A stretch of 64,000 bases of DNA from the human T2T-CHM13v2.0 reference genome, Homo sapiens. Shown here piece after piece: positions 15,701 through 28,500 of this stretch. A program made the translations under genes and the position numbers. How positions within the stretch are numbered: position 1 is the stretch's first letter; each line of letters begins with the position of its first letter. The notes beneath the pieces are model-generated. The model was not told the DNA's origin, did no database searches, and saw nothing but the letters and a program-made list of their open reading frames with translations. Location: the NCBI RefSeq assembly GCF_009914755.1, contig NC_060936.1. The stretch is one strand, 5' to 3'.

Positions 15701-17696
15701 GAAGCAGCTCATAGAAAGGGATATTATTTTCCTGTAGAAGGACATCTTTTTAGTCTTTTTCTCTTACCTTCTCTCCCCGCTCCCCACCGCCCACACACAC
15801 ATAAAAAAGTATTTCTAAAGGAAAGAAATAATATTTAGATTAGTATAAAATAGCCCAAATATCACAGGTGAAGAGGAAAAATAACTAAGTAAATGACACA
15901 GAAAGTAACCATCAGAAAGCCATCGCAAGCAGCACAAAGAAAAACAATGAGTTTAGTTGCACAGAAAGAAAGAAATCCGAGTAGAGAGAAAGAAAGCAAG
16001 CCAAAGAGGCACGATAATATAGTGAAGAATAGAAAGTAAGGACACCGGAGGAAAAACAACAGGTGACAATTAATGCTAGAGAGAGGAGACTAAGTTGAAA
16101 GCAGCAGAACACCCAGATGGAAGCCAATCCGTGAGCTGATTTTAGAGCATCTTTCTCCTTTGGTCATAGTAACTCTCCTCCTTTATGCACCTTCTCTGCA
16201 AATACCTGAAATACAAGGTAGCTATGACCTGCCAGGTCCTCTTGTTAACAGGTTATCAAAATAGATATCTCATTTATGAGATAAGCAGATTTCATATAGG
16301 TGCTGAAGTTCCTAATATCATCAAAATCCCATTATTTTTGGACATAGTTAAAAAACAGAGAGGAAGCCCACCTGTTTCTGTAACGGTCAGTGAAGCTATT
16401 CAGATCACTCATGCCACGTCACAGAAATATATAGCTAGACAAACATTTTTAATTAAAAATAATTTTAAATCTTTCATAAAAGCATTATGGAAAGGCAGTG
16501 AGGAAGAGCCAAGCCAAAAGTGAAGAGAAAACAAGGATCCAGACTGAGAGGAAAACACTGAAGCCACTTTTGCCCTGAGAGCATTTGCTGATAACATAAA
16601 ATTGGACTCCTAGTTTTCTCCATTTTGTGAGGTGAGAGCAACGTAACTTAGAATTCAGAACCAGCATAAGATATATTTTAGCAGATTTAGATTTGAGCAT
16701 CTCTATTCCAAGCTGGGATTCCCTAAAGGTTGTGCCGTCAAGGTTAAGGAGAACAGAAAGTGAGGCAGTTATTACATGGGGAATTTGATCCCAGGTTTAA
16801 CTTTCTTGGATCAGGGAATTTCAAAACCTAAACTTGGTTTAAGTAGTTACTGACTAGTAATGTGCTCTGGTGCTTGACAGAACCAAATGATATCTCCTTT
16901 GGAGGAAGCTGTCTACATAATACATCACAAATCAATCTTGCAATTTTTCACATGCAATATTGAACATATATTCAACGATAATAGGGAACACAAGAAACTG
17001 GAGAACAAAAATGAAAGAATTAGAACCAAAGAGATGTGAAAAACTAGAATTATCAAATGCAGATGATAAAGCAACAATGCACATAAAGAAATGAATGTAT
17101 TTGTTTGGCAGTTTTTAAACTTTTAATTAATACATAACTGTTATGAGAGCTCTTTTAACAAATTTAAGATGCAAGGAAAAAATAAAAAGGAATTAATTAT
17201 TCCTAAAATATATAAAGTAGCATGTATTAATATGTATGCATTACAATGATTTAAAATATTGTAAATATTATTTACAATATTTTATTGTAACAAAAATAAA
17301 ATATTTTTGGACAAATATTAACACAATATCTTTAGACAAATTAATTAGGAAAAAAGCTTTAAATCAACAGGTTTTACTTGCGGTATGGGAGGGTTTTTGG
17401 TGAGATATCTATACAGTTGAGAATATATAGCAGTGAGAATGAAACAATGATCTAAATTTCTATTAATAAAGATGGATAATTTGTCAAACATTTATTGCTT
17501 AAAGCCAAAATGCTAGCGATCTTTTTCTAAAGGTACCTTATTGAATTTTCTAAGGCTCACCTTTAAAAAGGGCTTAAGTGGGAACTATGGATAGATATAG
17601 GGATAATTTTGGAATAAATATAATACAACCTTAAGCATGTAGAGACCCTCTAATTAGACAATGGATCTGTCTACATGTAATGATAATTCTGTCTAG

Positions 17697-18400
17697 AGTC
17701 ATGCTTCTTAAACTTTGAGACAGGATCCCACTCTGTCACCCAGGATGGAGTACAGTGGCATGATCATGGCTCACTGCAGCCTTAGCCTCCCAAGTTCAAT
17801 TGATCCTCCTGTCTTAGCCTCCTGAGTACCTGGGACCATGGGTGTGCACCACCATGCTTGGCCAAATTTTTTTTTATTTGTAGAGATAGAGGTCTTACCA
17901 TGTTTCCCAGGCTGGTCTTGAATTCTTGGGCTTATGCAATCCTCCCATAGAGGTCTTACCATGTTTCCCAGGCTGGTCTTGAATTCTTGGGCTTATGCAG
18001 TCCTCCCACATTGGCCTCTCATTGCGCTGAGATTACAGGTGTGAACCACTGCACTCAGTCTTTCTTATACTTTAATGTGTACATGAATCACTTGTGTATC
18101 TTGTTAAACTACAGATTCTAATTCATTAGGTCTGGGGTAAGCCTGAGAGTCTACATTTTCTAACTAGCTTCAGGTGACACTGATGTTGGTGATTTTGACT
18201 AACAAGCAATGGTTCTTCAACTTTAGTCTTCATTAGAATCACCTGGAGGCTTCTTGAACTAGATTTCTGGTCTCCACCCACAGGGTTTTTGATTTAGTAG
18301 CTCTAAGTTGGAGCCTGAGTTTTTTCATTTCTAAAAAAAAAAAAAATTCCCTGGTAACGCTAATACTGCTGGTCCAGGTGCTGGATTTTGAGATCCACCA
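17697..18400. mobile_element. Two adjacent MER5A-type hAT-Charlie MITEs, the first split by an Alu
   Basis: gaatcacttg/gaatcacctgg, gattctaattca..aggtctggg and gctgctggtcc-like motifs. Confidence 0.7.
17717..18061 (-). mobile_element. AluJ-like element, tail-less, with internal 61-bp tandem duplication
   Basis: Antisense Alu; TSD TTCTTA(A/T)ACTTT at 17705-17716 and 18062-18073; duplication at 17886-18007. Confidence 0.9.
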
Positions 18401-21249
18401 ATTTGTTGTATAGGATTTGAAACAGGCAATAGAAAATGCCAAAAACACAGAACAAAATAGCTTTGTTCATCATCCAAGGCTCAAGCCAATCAAGCTTCAC
18501 TGGCGAAAGCAGCACAAGGAGCCTGGGTTAATAAGCTCTGCCAGATATCTTGACTACTAATTAGCTCTAGTGATTGCAAACATTCCATTGATATGCTGGG
18601 ACACACTAGCTTCCTGAGCCTAGTCAGGAAAATGGTTTGAAGCTTAGGAATTAAACATAACTCTATTGATATTATTTCATATGTACAAAAAACTTATAAT
18701 CAACTAGTAGCCATTTTTACAGAAAAGGAGGGCCAGAGAGGTTGCTTGAGATAACACAGCCAGTGGCACAATTAAAATCAGCAAGGCCTCTATTACTATT
18801 GTGTAAAATGAAATACTATTCCACAGTACACGGTGATTCCACCCAAATCTTTCCTCCTTGAAGCAGATGTTCCTTGAAATGTAAGCTTACACTATGAGCT
18901 TAGGGAAGAGAAGTCACTCAATTCCTTTCTGAAAATAATTAGGCAGAAGATCAGGAATTATTTACTGCCAAGGTATTTAAAACACCTCTATTAACAGAAA
19001 AAAAGGAGGGGCAGGAAACTGGCTTTTATTGAGCAGCTATAATTTTCAGACCCTATGCTACATACTCTCTCCAACATATTTATGTTTGATCCTCATAACA
19101 CAGTTTAAGGATGAAGACCTTGGACCTCAAAATTAAAGTCACTATTCCAAAGTCAAACACCTAAGAAAAATAAGAGCTATTTATTCCATTTCTAAGGAAT
19201 AGAACCCAATGTGCCATACTCTTGGCAAGCAGAACATTGGAGGAGGTAATGAAATGGCCCCTAGGTAGGGAAGTAGTCCAGTGATTTAGAAGAAAGACTA
19301 AAGATTGATTGAGTCCATTTCATCTACAGGACATATGCAAAATCAGCCCCAACCTTATATTGTACCTAGACACATATATTCAATCACTAAATTGTTTTAT
19401 AAGGATATACCCTAGAAATGCTGTACCAGAAATGGAGAAAGCTGAAATTACCTTTCCTTGAAAACTGATTTCTTCACTTGTCAGCCTTATTTTAGAAAAT
19501 GGCAACATCATTTTAAGCAATGCTGAAACCTGGGAGTCATCTTGACTCTTCCTTTTCCAAAACCACTACATCCACATCTGTCACTAATACCTTTCAACTC
19601 TACCTTCTCATGATATCTTAAAACATCTATTCCTCTCCATCTTACTTCCCTCACCAGAATTTAAAAGTAATTAACTACGTTTTATCTTGCCTATGAGAAT
19701 ATTTTGCTAACTGACCTTCTGCGGTATGAAAATATTTTCCTAAAAGTCACATGATCTGCCCACCCCCGGCCCCTCCACCCAGGATCCTCCAAACAAACAC
19801 CCTACATAGTATATTCACCCTACCATGGTCCTGTTCCTGATATTTTTCTCAGCCTTGATTCTCTACTCTCCACCAAGCTCACTGAATCATGTTAGTTTCC
19901 TGAACACAAAATGCTATTTCACACTTTTTTGTCATGGCCAACCTGCCTGAAGGAGCACAAAATGTAGTTTATAGGTCCTAAACAGCCTGTTATCCTCTGG
20001 AATAAAAAAAAACATTAATCAGATGCAATGTCAGACTCACTTGAAAGATTTCTTAAGAAAACTTTTAGTCTCCTGAATGCCACAAACCTCAGTCACGAAT
20101 CCAAGCAGAGGTTCTCTGAGTGTTCCTTTTAATTTTTCTTTTACCTAATCAGAATACCTAATCAGAAAGGTTATCTGCAGCGTGCCATCAGTGCTGGAAG
20201 GGGTAGTAGGGTTTCAATAGCTAAGAAGGTCCTCCAAACCTGTCAGGGTAGAAAATAAACACAAACCCAGTGCCTACTTTGGGCCAGGCGCTCTTAATGC
20301 CTAAAATCTAAAGGAGGACTTACCAAAGTTTTATGTGCATAGGAATCACCTTCAGTCTTCTAGGGTGGGGCTGAAGTTCTGAATTTTATTGCACTTACAA
20401 GTGATATTATTGGTGTCCGTCCACAGAGTACAATCTCAGTAGCAAAGTTCTAGTCTATTACAACACATCCTGCTGACATGGCATTGGGTTTGAAATTCCC
20501 ACAATTATTATGTCTTTGTAATACCCTGAGAAAAAGCTGGTCTGCAGCTGATGGTATATTATGCATGTTTAGACATATATTACCTATTCGGGCACCCCAT
20601 AGGGACTACAGCAGCCATGAATGGGATACATACACTTAGATTAAAGGAAACAAGGTGATAGGATGGCAAATTTTGCCCATAGAGAAAATAAGGGGGTGGC
20701 AGTCTGAGGAATGCAAGGAAAAAAGGATGAGAAACACCAGTGACAAACATCTTCATGGTCATCATAACTTACATTCTGTGAATATCTGTTATGTGCCCAG
20801 GTGTGCACTTTTAAGATAGGCTTTGACTAAAACATATATGAATCATTTTCCTTTTCTGCTTCTATTTTGGCACAGAAAACATTTAGGATGTTGTAATATA
20901 TGTAATGAAAAAAAATTTTTCTTTGTCTTTTGAAGCTGAGCCGTGGGCATAAAATATTGTTTTGTTTCAGAAATGACCTTCTAAGAATGAAATGCTGCTT
21001 CTCCAACTTGCTGATTCATGTCTTCCTGGAGCAGATGGGTTGGCTATTTTTGCCCAAGGTCTAGGAGACATTGATCCCAAGAAAACATGCACTTAAGGCA
21101 TTTTCTTTGTGCCCTGACTGGCCTGAAGCTGAGTCCCCTAGGGATGCTGTGCTGCATTCCTCATTTCCAGTGAAACAGATTAACTGAGATGTTTGTGCCC
21201 CAATCTAACAAAGAGCATCTTAGAGACGAATACAATCATGTCCATGCTA

Positions 21250-21866
21250 ATATATATATATAGTATATAGTTATAACTATATACTATATACTATATAGTA
21301 TATGGTATAACTATATACTATATACTATATAGTATAACTATATAGTATATAGTATAACTATATACTATATACTGTATAGTATAACTATATACTATATACT
21401 GTATAGTATAACTATATACTATATACTGTATAGTATAACTATATACTATATACTGTATAGTATAACTATATACTATATACTGTATAGTATAACTATATAC
21501 TATATACTGTATAGTATAACTATATACTATATACTGTATAGTATAACTATATACTATATACTGTATAGTATAACTATATACTATATACTGTATAGTATAA
21601 CTATATACTATATACTGTATAGTATAACTATATACTATATACTGTATAGTATAACTATATACTATATACTGTATAGTATAACTATATACTATATACTGTA
21701 TAGTATAACTATATACTATATACTGCATAGTATAACTATATACTCTATACTGCATAGTATAACTATATACTATATACTGTATAGTATAACATTATATTAT
21801 ATACTATATAGTATATAATATATAGTATATATAATATATAGTATATATTATGTATTATATATATAT
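21250..21866. repeat. AT-rich minisatellite, 27-bp unit TATAGTATAACTATATACTATATACTG, ~19 copies
   Basis: Seen directly. The ORF track shows the 9-aa (IQYIVYSYT) periodicity with 13 consecutive identical units. Confidence 0.97.
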
Positions 21867-22912
21867 GACATGCCCAATATCTTTGTTAACAGTTTCCAGA
21901 AAGCTTCCTAGAAAATCAAAGTCAGTGGCTGTTATAGTGCCCTAGGAGAAGGCAATAAACTAACTTAGTGGCCAGAGTATCTTCTAAATGTGTTTCCTGT
22001 CCCTTCAGCTACTAAACAAAATATTTAACAGGATCTGAGGCTGAACAAGATACCAAATCTATATCTGCATACTCAGTTACACATGTATAATCACAAAGGC
22101 TGCATTGGCAACAACATATGACATATCAAGTTTTCTACACAGTACATTTTGTATTAGAAGGCATAGAAATTGTCATTAAAATTGGATTCTCCAAAAACTA
22201 CAAGATAAAAACTATCCTTTGAAGTCTGTGTTACAAGGCTCTTCACCATTTTATTCTGGCTAACCTGTCATAACTCATCTCCTGACATGCATACTAGCCC
22301 CTCTTATAATGCTAAACACCTGTAATATTGAACTATCTGTTGTTTTATGAATGTTTCAGGCAGTTTTATACCTTTGTCGGTTTTGTGTGACCTATTCCTT
22401 CTGGCTTTCTCCGTATTTTTTTTATAGTAAACTCCTATTCATCCTTCTAAGTCCAGGTTATATATCACTTCCTCCTGGCCGTCTGCTTCTTCTCCTGAAT
22501 CAATCCATATTTGATCGTGGTGCTATACTTTATATGTTCTTTTCTTATTATACTTATTACTCAATATATTATAGCTATTTGTTTATATGTCTGTCTCCTC
22601 TACAACCATGAGTAATTTATTTGTTTTCATCTTTTTAACTTTAGTACCTAATATAGTACTCAAAAATGCTTGTGAAATTGAAATTAAATTGAAGAACCTA
22701 GAAGAAACTGCAGTAGAATCTAGTTCACTGTTGACCAAGCACCTTTTAGAATGGAAAGAGATTTTAACAATCATGTAGTTCAGGGGTCGAATTATACAGA
22801 TATGGAAATGAAGGCCTGGGGTGGTTTGTTGACTTGCTAAAGCTCCTACTTGGTTAATGGCATAGCCTGAATTAGAATTTGGTTCCAGGCCATACCAGTG
22901 CTGCCACAAGTT

Positions 22913-23226
22913 GTTTTTCTTTTTGTTTGTTTGTTTGTTTTAGAGATGAGATCTCATTCTATTTCCTGGGCTGGAGTACAGTGGCATGATCATAGTTCAC
23001 TGCATTCTCTAACTCCTGGGCTGAAGTAATGTAATTTGCCTGCCTCAGCCTCCCGAGTCGCCAGAACTACAGGCACACACTGCCACATCTGGCTAATATT
23101 TTTATTTCTTATAGAGATCGGGTCTCACTATGTTGACCAGGCTGGTCTCAAGCTCCTGGCCTCAAGTGTCTCTATCCTCAGCCTCTCAAAGTGTTGGGAT
23201 TGCAGGCATGAACCACTGTGCCCAGC
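22913..23226 (-). mobile_element. AluJ-like element
   Basis: Antisense Alu dimer with a (TTTG)n tail; cacaagt on both flanks. Confidence 0.9.
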
Positions 23227-25589
23227 TCACAAGTACTCTTTGAACATGTAAAACAAATGTGGGACTATCTTTTATGAATCTGTCTGATGACATGCCTCAC
23301 ATGTTCATGGATTTGGTGCTATTATAGTACTTTTCCTTAAGTAAGCAACAAGCATAATTCCGTTATGTCCATGTTTTCCCCATGTGACAAGAAGGTGGTA
23401 ACAATAATTTTAGTTTTATCTTGAATAAATAATGCCACGGGACATTCGATTGTACAATATGCCTCCCTTTCACTTAAAGTGGCCAAATTCATAAACCCAT
23501 GAATATATTCATTATGGAAAATATTTTCCCCGTCTTATTCAACGCTGTACTATTTTTCTATTCTATCAATTATAGAATGATGGAGAAATTGGCTACATAC
23601 TAATTCCTCAATTGTAGGAGTCCATAGTAATATCCCACTCACAGTCTTTAACTCTTTAACTCAGCATAGGCAGGGTGGGAGAGATGGGTGATACTGAAGG
23701 GCCAGAGTCAGCAAGGTTTTCTCTTTCCCTAAAGAACCAGGTACACAGAAGTAAAAGGAAAGGAAAGACTCTGAGAATACACTTCCACCTGTTCCTCACC
23801 CACCTTGAGTTGATGCATCCTCAAACAATGATAGCAACGGGCTGAAATCTATGGAATCAGAAAACTAGTTCCGAGTCTTGAGTCTCTAGTTATGTGTATG
23901 AGGTGGCTCCCTGATTTTCCAATTTTTCTCACTTATAAAACAGAAAATTTGAACAATAATAATTCAAAAAAAGATGGCATATGGAAGAGGTATTATGCTA
24001 AGCACTTGGTGGATATTACTTTATTTAAAAGTAATAAATACTTGTTTATTTATTATTTGCTTGTTCATTTTACACATGTATGCTAAAGATGTGTTAGAGA
24101 CATGGTTCAAGTCCTCGCTTGTCTAAGTCTAAAACCCACCTTCTTAACTACTTTTTGATACATTCTCCAAAATTGTATGATCTAATAAAACTTGAAAATC
24201 AGCCTGAATGTATATGAAGTGACATAACAAAGAAACTCGTTAGTATTCTACCTTCTGGGGAGGTAGTCACCCCTTCCACTCTGCACACTAGTTTCATACA
24301 AATTAGATCAGACAAACATGCTAAATACCACACAGGAATATGTACAGCCCACAACTCTACTCAACAGCATCCAGCTACCTCTGAGAGAAAGAAGTGAGCT
24401 TTCAGTCTCTAGCAATAAGTCTTGTACTGTGCAAGTGTAATCTTAAATTATCCATTTTACCTTCTGTAAATCCCAATTTTGGTTCAAAAATCAAGACAAT
24501 CTACGTCATCCCACTCTGTTAAAAGAGGAAAGGATAAGCACATACATGTGTAATCAAAGCCCGTCCCCATACATTGATGTGGCATTTAAATGAAGCAGCA
24601 TAGAGACAGAAGGGACAGTAGCAGTCATTGAGCCTAAGCTTTAGAAGAAAAATGGACAACCCAAGATTAGCTTAAGTTTTAAATATGTATACAACAATCA
24701 ATTGCTGCTTCTTTTCTGGAGGTCTCCTTCGATCAAATTATAGATGTTGCTTAGTTACATTATAGATACAAAAGGAAGTGGGGGAGGACAAAACCTGAAC
24801 TGGTAGCTGATAATCCTTTTCTCTATTTTTGTCTAGATTTCCAGCTTCTGTGTAACCTTGGTTAAACCGTGTCTTTTCTTAGGACCTCATTTTCATTTAC
24901 AAAATGGGGAGGTTAGACCAAATTTTTCCTGAAGTCTTTTCCATTTGTACTAAAAGTAGATGCTATATTTATGTGTTAAATAAATTGCACTGCTAAGTGT
25001 GTGATTACTGAAGACCGCTTACATGCAGTGATCTATTGATTGATTCATTCATTCAGCAAACATTTATTGAGAGCCTACTGTGTGCTAGAAACTGATATAT
25101 ATGTTCAGAATACGTGAAAGAACTAAACAGACAACTTATGCTTCACTTCATGTGACTGTCACATTTACTTTCAAGCAATGCACAGAAAAAAAAATCCATG
25201 TGCACTACTTTAGAGGAATCAAAATGAGATGCATCCCAAAGAGTCTGGAACATTCTTTTTTGGCACAGTGGTTTTAAGTATACTACTCCTCAACTTTCTT
25301 TAATGCTATAATAAGAGTGTTATGCTGTAATGTGTACCTTTCTCAGGAACAAAACTTTGTTTTCCAACTCCCCTATGTCAGCAGTGTTTGTCAGCATAAC
25401 TGGCACCCATTGCCTTGTTTGTAATGGCTTCCTTGTTCACTGGCTGGCCCTGGGGTTATCTCTACCAGAGTCACCGTATGTCCTTCATTTGCCCACTGTT
25501 GCAAAGGTTTTCCTGAAACTTTAGCAGTGCTCCCTTAAAATGTTCTGTTATTACCAATTTGTATCACAGGAAAGAAAATCATTCACGTC

Positions 25590-28500
25590 AGGGGATAGGG
25601 CACAGGATGGCCAACTAGATGCAGTCAAGAAGCACCACTCCCACCAAGAGAGACCAAATTATTGAGTAAACCATCATAATTTGGGCAGATCTCTTTGGAG
25701 ATAAAACAATAAGAGTGGATGGAGAGGCAATGCTGAAGACCAGGTTGAAGAGAGAGGAAGGTGAGAACCCTGTGTGGGGTGTCCACATGCCAGGTTTAGT
25801 TCCTGGCCCCAAATGGTTCCTGGGAAAGGGGTGAGTGAGGGAACTGAGGGATGCATTATGCTTGCAGCAGACCTCTAAGATCCTAGCTACAGGGAACCTT
25901 GTATCCCCCATGGATGTGTGAGCTGGCAGTGGATTTCCCTAGGGAACAGGTAGAGACAGCCCTTTGGACAGCAAGGGACCTGGGAGCTTTTGTGAGCCAG
26001 GCAAGTCCAGCAGACAATGGCCACAGATGCCAATTCCTCAGAGATCCCCATTCTCCTCCAGGAGGCAAAGCCCCAGCTGATCTCCAAGCCAGGAGACAGT
26101 GGGGCTAGCTTCCCTATGAGAGTGAGACACATCTGCTCTACAAGGCTTCATACCTGCCGGTCCCTCCCAGGGTCCATGCCTAGTCATCCTGCAGGAGAGG
26201 TGCAGGAGTGGGTGCACAGTGCAACCCCCACAGCCCAGCCTGAGTATGTTGCTGCACCTGAGTGATTTCCTGGTGACCCAGGAGCATATAAGATCCCCTA
26301 GGAGAGTTGGAACTAGAACCTGAACCCCAAGATGTCCCACTGCCCCTAGGGCTGCAGTGCACAACTCAGGAGTACAGAGCCAAGTTGTGTGGCTGATACT
26401 CAAGCAGGGGAGAAGACCTATCCCTCAGAGCAATGAGAGAAACAAGAGGCATGGGCTTCTGGGTAGGGTAGGTGTGGTGCATGCCTCCCTCCATAGGGCT
26501 GATCCAAAGAGAGTGTGGCATATCTCCCTGCCAGAGTCTCTGCCCAAGGTGCCACCATAGCTCAGAACATCTGACAAAAGAAATGCAGGAGCAGCACCAG
26601 CTATCTGGAGGGCGCTCCCCCAAGGCCCAGGAGCAAACCTGGTGAGGGGGCTATCTCTCTCCCCTACTACCCCCCTGCCAAGGATGCTTGCTAATGTGAG
26701 GAAGTACAAAAGAACCCACAGGCTGGGCATTAATCTAGCTATGGTTCATTACTCCTAAGTGTCATCTATTGGATTACGGTTCAAACTACAACACCAAAAT
26801 TTTTTTCTGATAATATAGACACCTGTGGAACCAAGCACACTAATTCACTCACACATAAAAATCCTATAAAGAGCACTGGCCCTCTGAAAGCATCCAGAAG
26901 CAAAGCCAACTGACTATACTCAACTTAGACCACAGTTAAAAAAACACTAACTCTCCCCAATGAGAAAGAATTAACACAAGAATTCTGTCAGTACAAAAAG
27001 CCAGAGCCCCTGTATTAGTCTGTTCTCAAGCTGCTATAAAGACATACCCAAGACTGGGTGCTTTATAAAGAAAAGGAGGTTTAATGGCCTCACAGTTCCA
27101 CATGGATGGAAAGGCCACACAATAATGGCAGAAGGTGAGGGAAGAACAAAGGCATGTCTTTCATGGCAGCAGGCAAAGAGAGAAATGAGAACCAAGCAAA
27201 AGGGGTTTTTCCCTTATAAAACCATCAGATCTTCTGATACTTATTCACTACCATTCACTACCAAGAACAGTATGGAGGAAACTGCCCCCATGATCCAGTT
27301 ATCTCCCACCAGGCCCCTCCCACAACACATGGGAATTATGGGAGCTACAATTCAGGATGAGATTTGGGTGGGGACACAGCCAAACCAAATCATACTACCT
27401 CTGTCCCCTCCCAAATCTCATGTCCTCACATTTCAAAACTAGTCATGCCTTTCCAATGGTCCCCGAAAGTCTTAACTCATTTCAGCATTAACTCAAAAGT
27501 TCACAGTCCAAAGTCTCTTCTGAGACAAGACAAGTCCCTTCCACCTATGAGCCTGTAAAATAAAAAGCAAGTTAATTACTTCCTACATACAATGGGGGCA
27601 CAGGCATTGAGTAAATAGAGCTGTTTCAAATGGGATAAATTGACCACAACAAAGGAGCTACCAGCCCCAAGCAGGTCTGAAATCCAGTAGGGCAGTCAAA
27701 TCTTAAAGCTCCAAAATGATCTCCTTTGACTCCATGTCTCACATCCAGGTCATGATGATGCAAGAGGTAGGTTTCCATGGTCTGAGCAGCTCTGCCCTGT
27801 GGCTTTGCAGGGTATAGCCTACCTCCTGGCTGCTTTCACAGGCTGGCATTGAGTGTCTGTGGTTTTTCCAGGTACATGGTGCAAGCGGTCGGTGGATCTA
27901 CCATTCTGGGGTCCAGAGGACAGTGGCCCTCTTCCCACAGCTCCACTAGGTGGTGTCCCAGTAGGGACTCTGTGTGGGGGCTCTGGCCCCACATTTCTCT
28001 TCCACACTGCCCTAGCAGAGGTTCTTCATGAGGGCCCTGCCCCTGCAGCAAACTTCTGCCTGGGCATCCAGGTGTTTCCATACATCCTCTGAAATCCAGG
28101 CAGAGGTTCCCAAACCTCAATTCCTGACTTCCATGCACCCACAGGCTCAATGCCATGTGGAAGCTGCCAAGGCTTAGGGCTTACACCCTCTGAAGCAGCA
28201 GCCCAAACTGTACCTTGGCCCCTTTTAGCAATGGCTGGAGCAGCTGGAATCCAGGGCACCAAGTCCCTAGACTTCAGAGAGCAGGGTGGCCCTGGGCCTG
28301 GCCCATGAAACCAGTTTTTCCTCCTAGGCCTCTGGACCTATGATGGGAGGGGCTTCCTTGAAGACTTCTGACATGCCCTGGAGACAGTTTTGGGGATTAA
28401 TATTTGGTTCCTCATTACTTATGCAAATTTCTGCAGCTGGCTTGAATTTCCCCTCAGAAAATGGGTTTTTCTTTTCTATCCCATCATCAAGCTGCAAATT

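Noticed and set aside
21318-21755. 145-aa repetitive ORF (IQYIVYSYT)n; array superficially CRISPR-like
   Set aside because: It is the translation of a 27-bp tandem repeat with no spacers, no cas genes and no promoter or splice support.
25615-26730. Cluster of overlapping 60-120 aa ORFs in GC-richer DNA
   Set aside because: They lie within the old L1 5'UTR; higher GC content lowers stop frequency, and none resembles a known protein.
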